Shown piece by piece: positions 63,737 to 64,000 of a stretch of 64,000 nucleotides of DNA. The translations under genes were made by a program, and so were the position numbers. The stretch comes from Halobacteriales archaeon QS_1_68_17 (lineage in GTDB: Archaea > Halobacteriota > Halobacteria > Halobacteriales > Haloarculaceae): the NCBI GenBank assembly GCA_003021105.1, contig PXRG01000022.1, forward strand, positions 9,044-73,043. The letters run 5' to 3'. How positions within the stretch are numbered: position 1 is the stretch's first letter; each line of letters starts with the position of its first letter. Below the pieces are notes generated by a model. The model saw only the letters and a list, made by a program, of their open reading frames with translations, made no database searches and was not told the origin of the DNA.

Positions 63737-64000
63737 ATGCGCTATCGATCCGGAATAGACGTGGGTTCCAACGGTGGCACCGTCTAGGTCGGCGGTCCGG
63801 ACGGCGGTGACCTGGTGGTCGAAGAGGTCTATCGGTTCGACAACGGCCCACTCGAGCGCGACGAGCGGTACGTCTGGGACGTCGACGGGATCTTGGGCGA
63901 GATACGGGAGGGGCTCGGGCTGGCAGACGAACGCGGCGAACTCGAGTCGGTTGCCGTCGACACGACCGGCCTCGATTTCGGCTTCTACGCCGACGGGGGG
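63737..64000 (+). pseudogene. FGGY-family sugar kinase (rhamnulokinase-like) N-terminus with in-frame TAG; runs off the window
   Basis: MRYRSGIDVGSNGGTV-TAG(63785..63787)-VGGPDGGDLVVEEVYRFDNGPLERDERYVWDVDGIL...AVDTTGLDFGFYADGG. The stop falls right after the phosphate-1 motif. Confidence 0.6.

Noticed and set aside
63785-63787. The in-frame TAG in the FGGY kinase as a pyrrolysine codon.
   Set aside because: Pyrrolysine decoding is known from methanogen lineages and a few bacteria, not Halobacteria. No pyl genes are in the window. A nonsense mutation is the simpler reading.

Overview
High-GC, haloarchaeon-like sequence. The signs are acidic proteins, Tat/lipobox signals followed by Gly/Asp-rich linkers, small CPxCG zinc-finger proteins, many GTG starts, and TATA-like boxes about 27 nt upstream of several start codons. 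All product calls come from motif recognition by eye; no alignments or searches were run. I call 57 apparently intact CDS, 6 disrupted genes or relics and 6 copies of small terminal-inverted-repeat (TIR) elements. I found no rRNA, tRNA, CRISPR array or transposase gene.

Layout:
- 0-20 kb: galactonate-dehydratase-like gene plus IclR, K+ channel, BCCT transporter, ABC exporter, HNH, MBL hydrolase, GS-like enzyme, USP, carotenoid oxygenase, RNA ligase, acyl-CoA ligase.
- 20-24.5 kb: a small redox/thiol block bracketed by two inverted TIR elements.
- 23.5-43.3 kb: a transporter-rich catabolic island. It holds a Cys/Thr proline-racemase-family dehydratase, IclR, cyclase, OCD, a TPP enzyme, two aminotransferases, two MFS transporters, an ABC importer, SDR, Rieske protein and amidohydrolase.
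- 44-46.7 kb: folA-thyA.
- 47-64 kb: two sugar-type ABC loci, an AGE-family isomerase, DeoR, a racemase/FAD-oxidase/M24 trio and a truncated FGGY kinase.

Most notable observations:
1. Three families of 77-109 bp TA-terminated TIR elements are each flanked by a directly duplicated TGA. In 5 of 6 copies that triplet is the stop codon of the adjacent gene.
2. A GTTTGY-N5-RCAAAC palindrome family surrounds the second IclR gene. It recurs at both edges of the racemase/oxidase/M24 cluster 28 kb away.
3. Several degenerate tandem-repeat arrays sit in intergenic regions.
4. Four frameshifted or nonsense-disrupted genes are confined to the sugar-uptake half of the window.
5. There are ORF-poor spacers with AT-rich cores that may hide small RNAs.

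Coordinates of non-coding features were anchored on ORF-track frames where possible; treat them as +/-1-2 nt.
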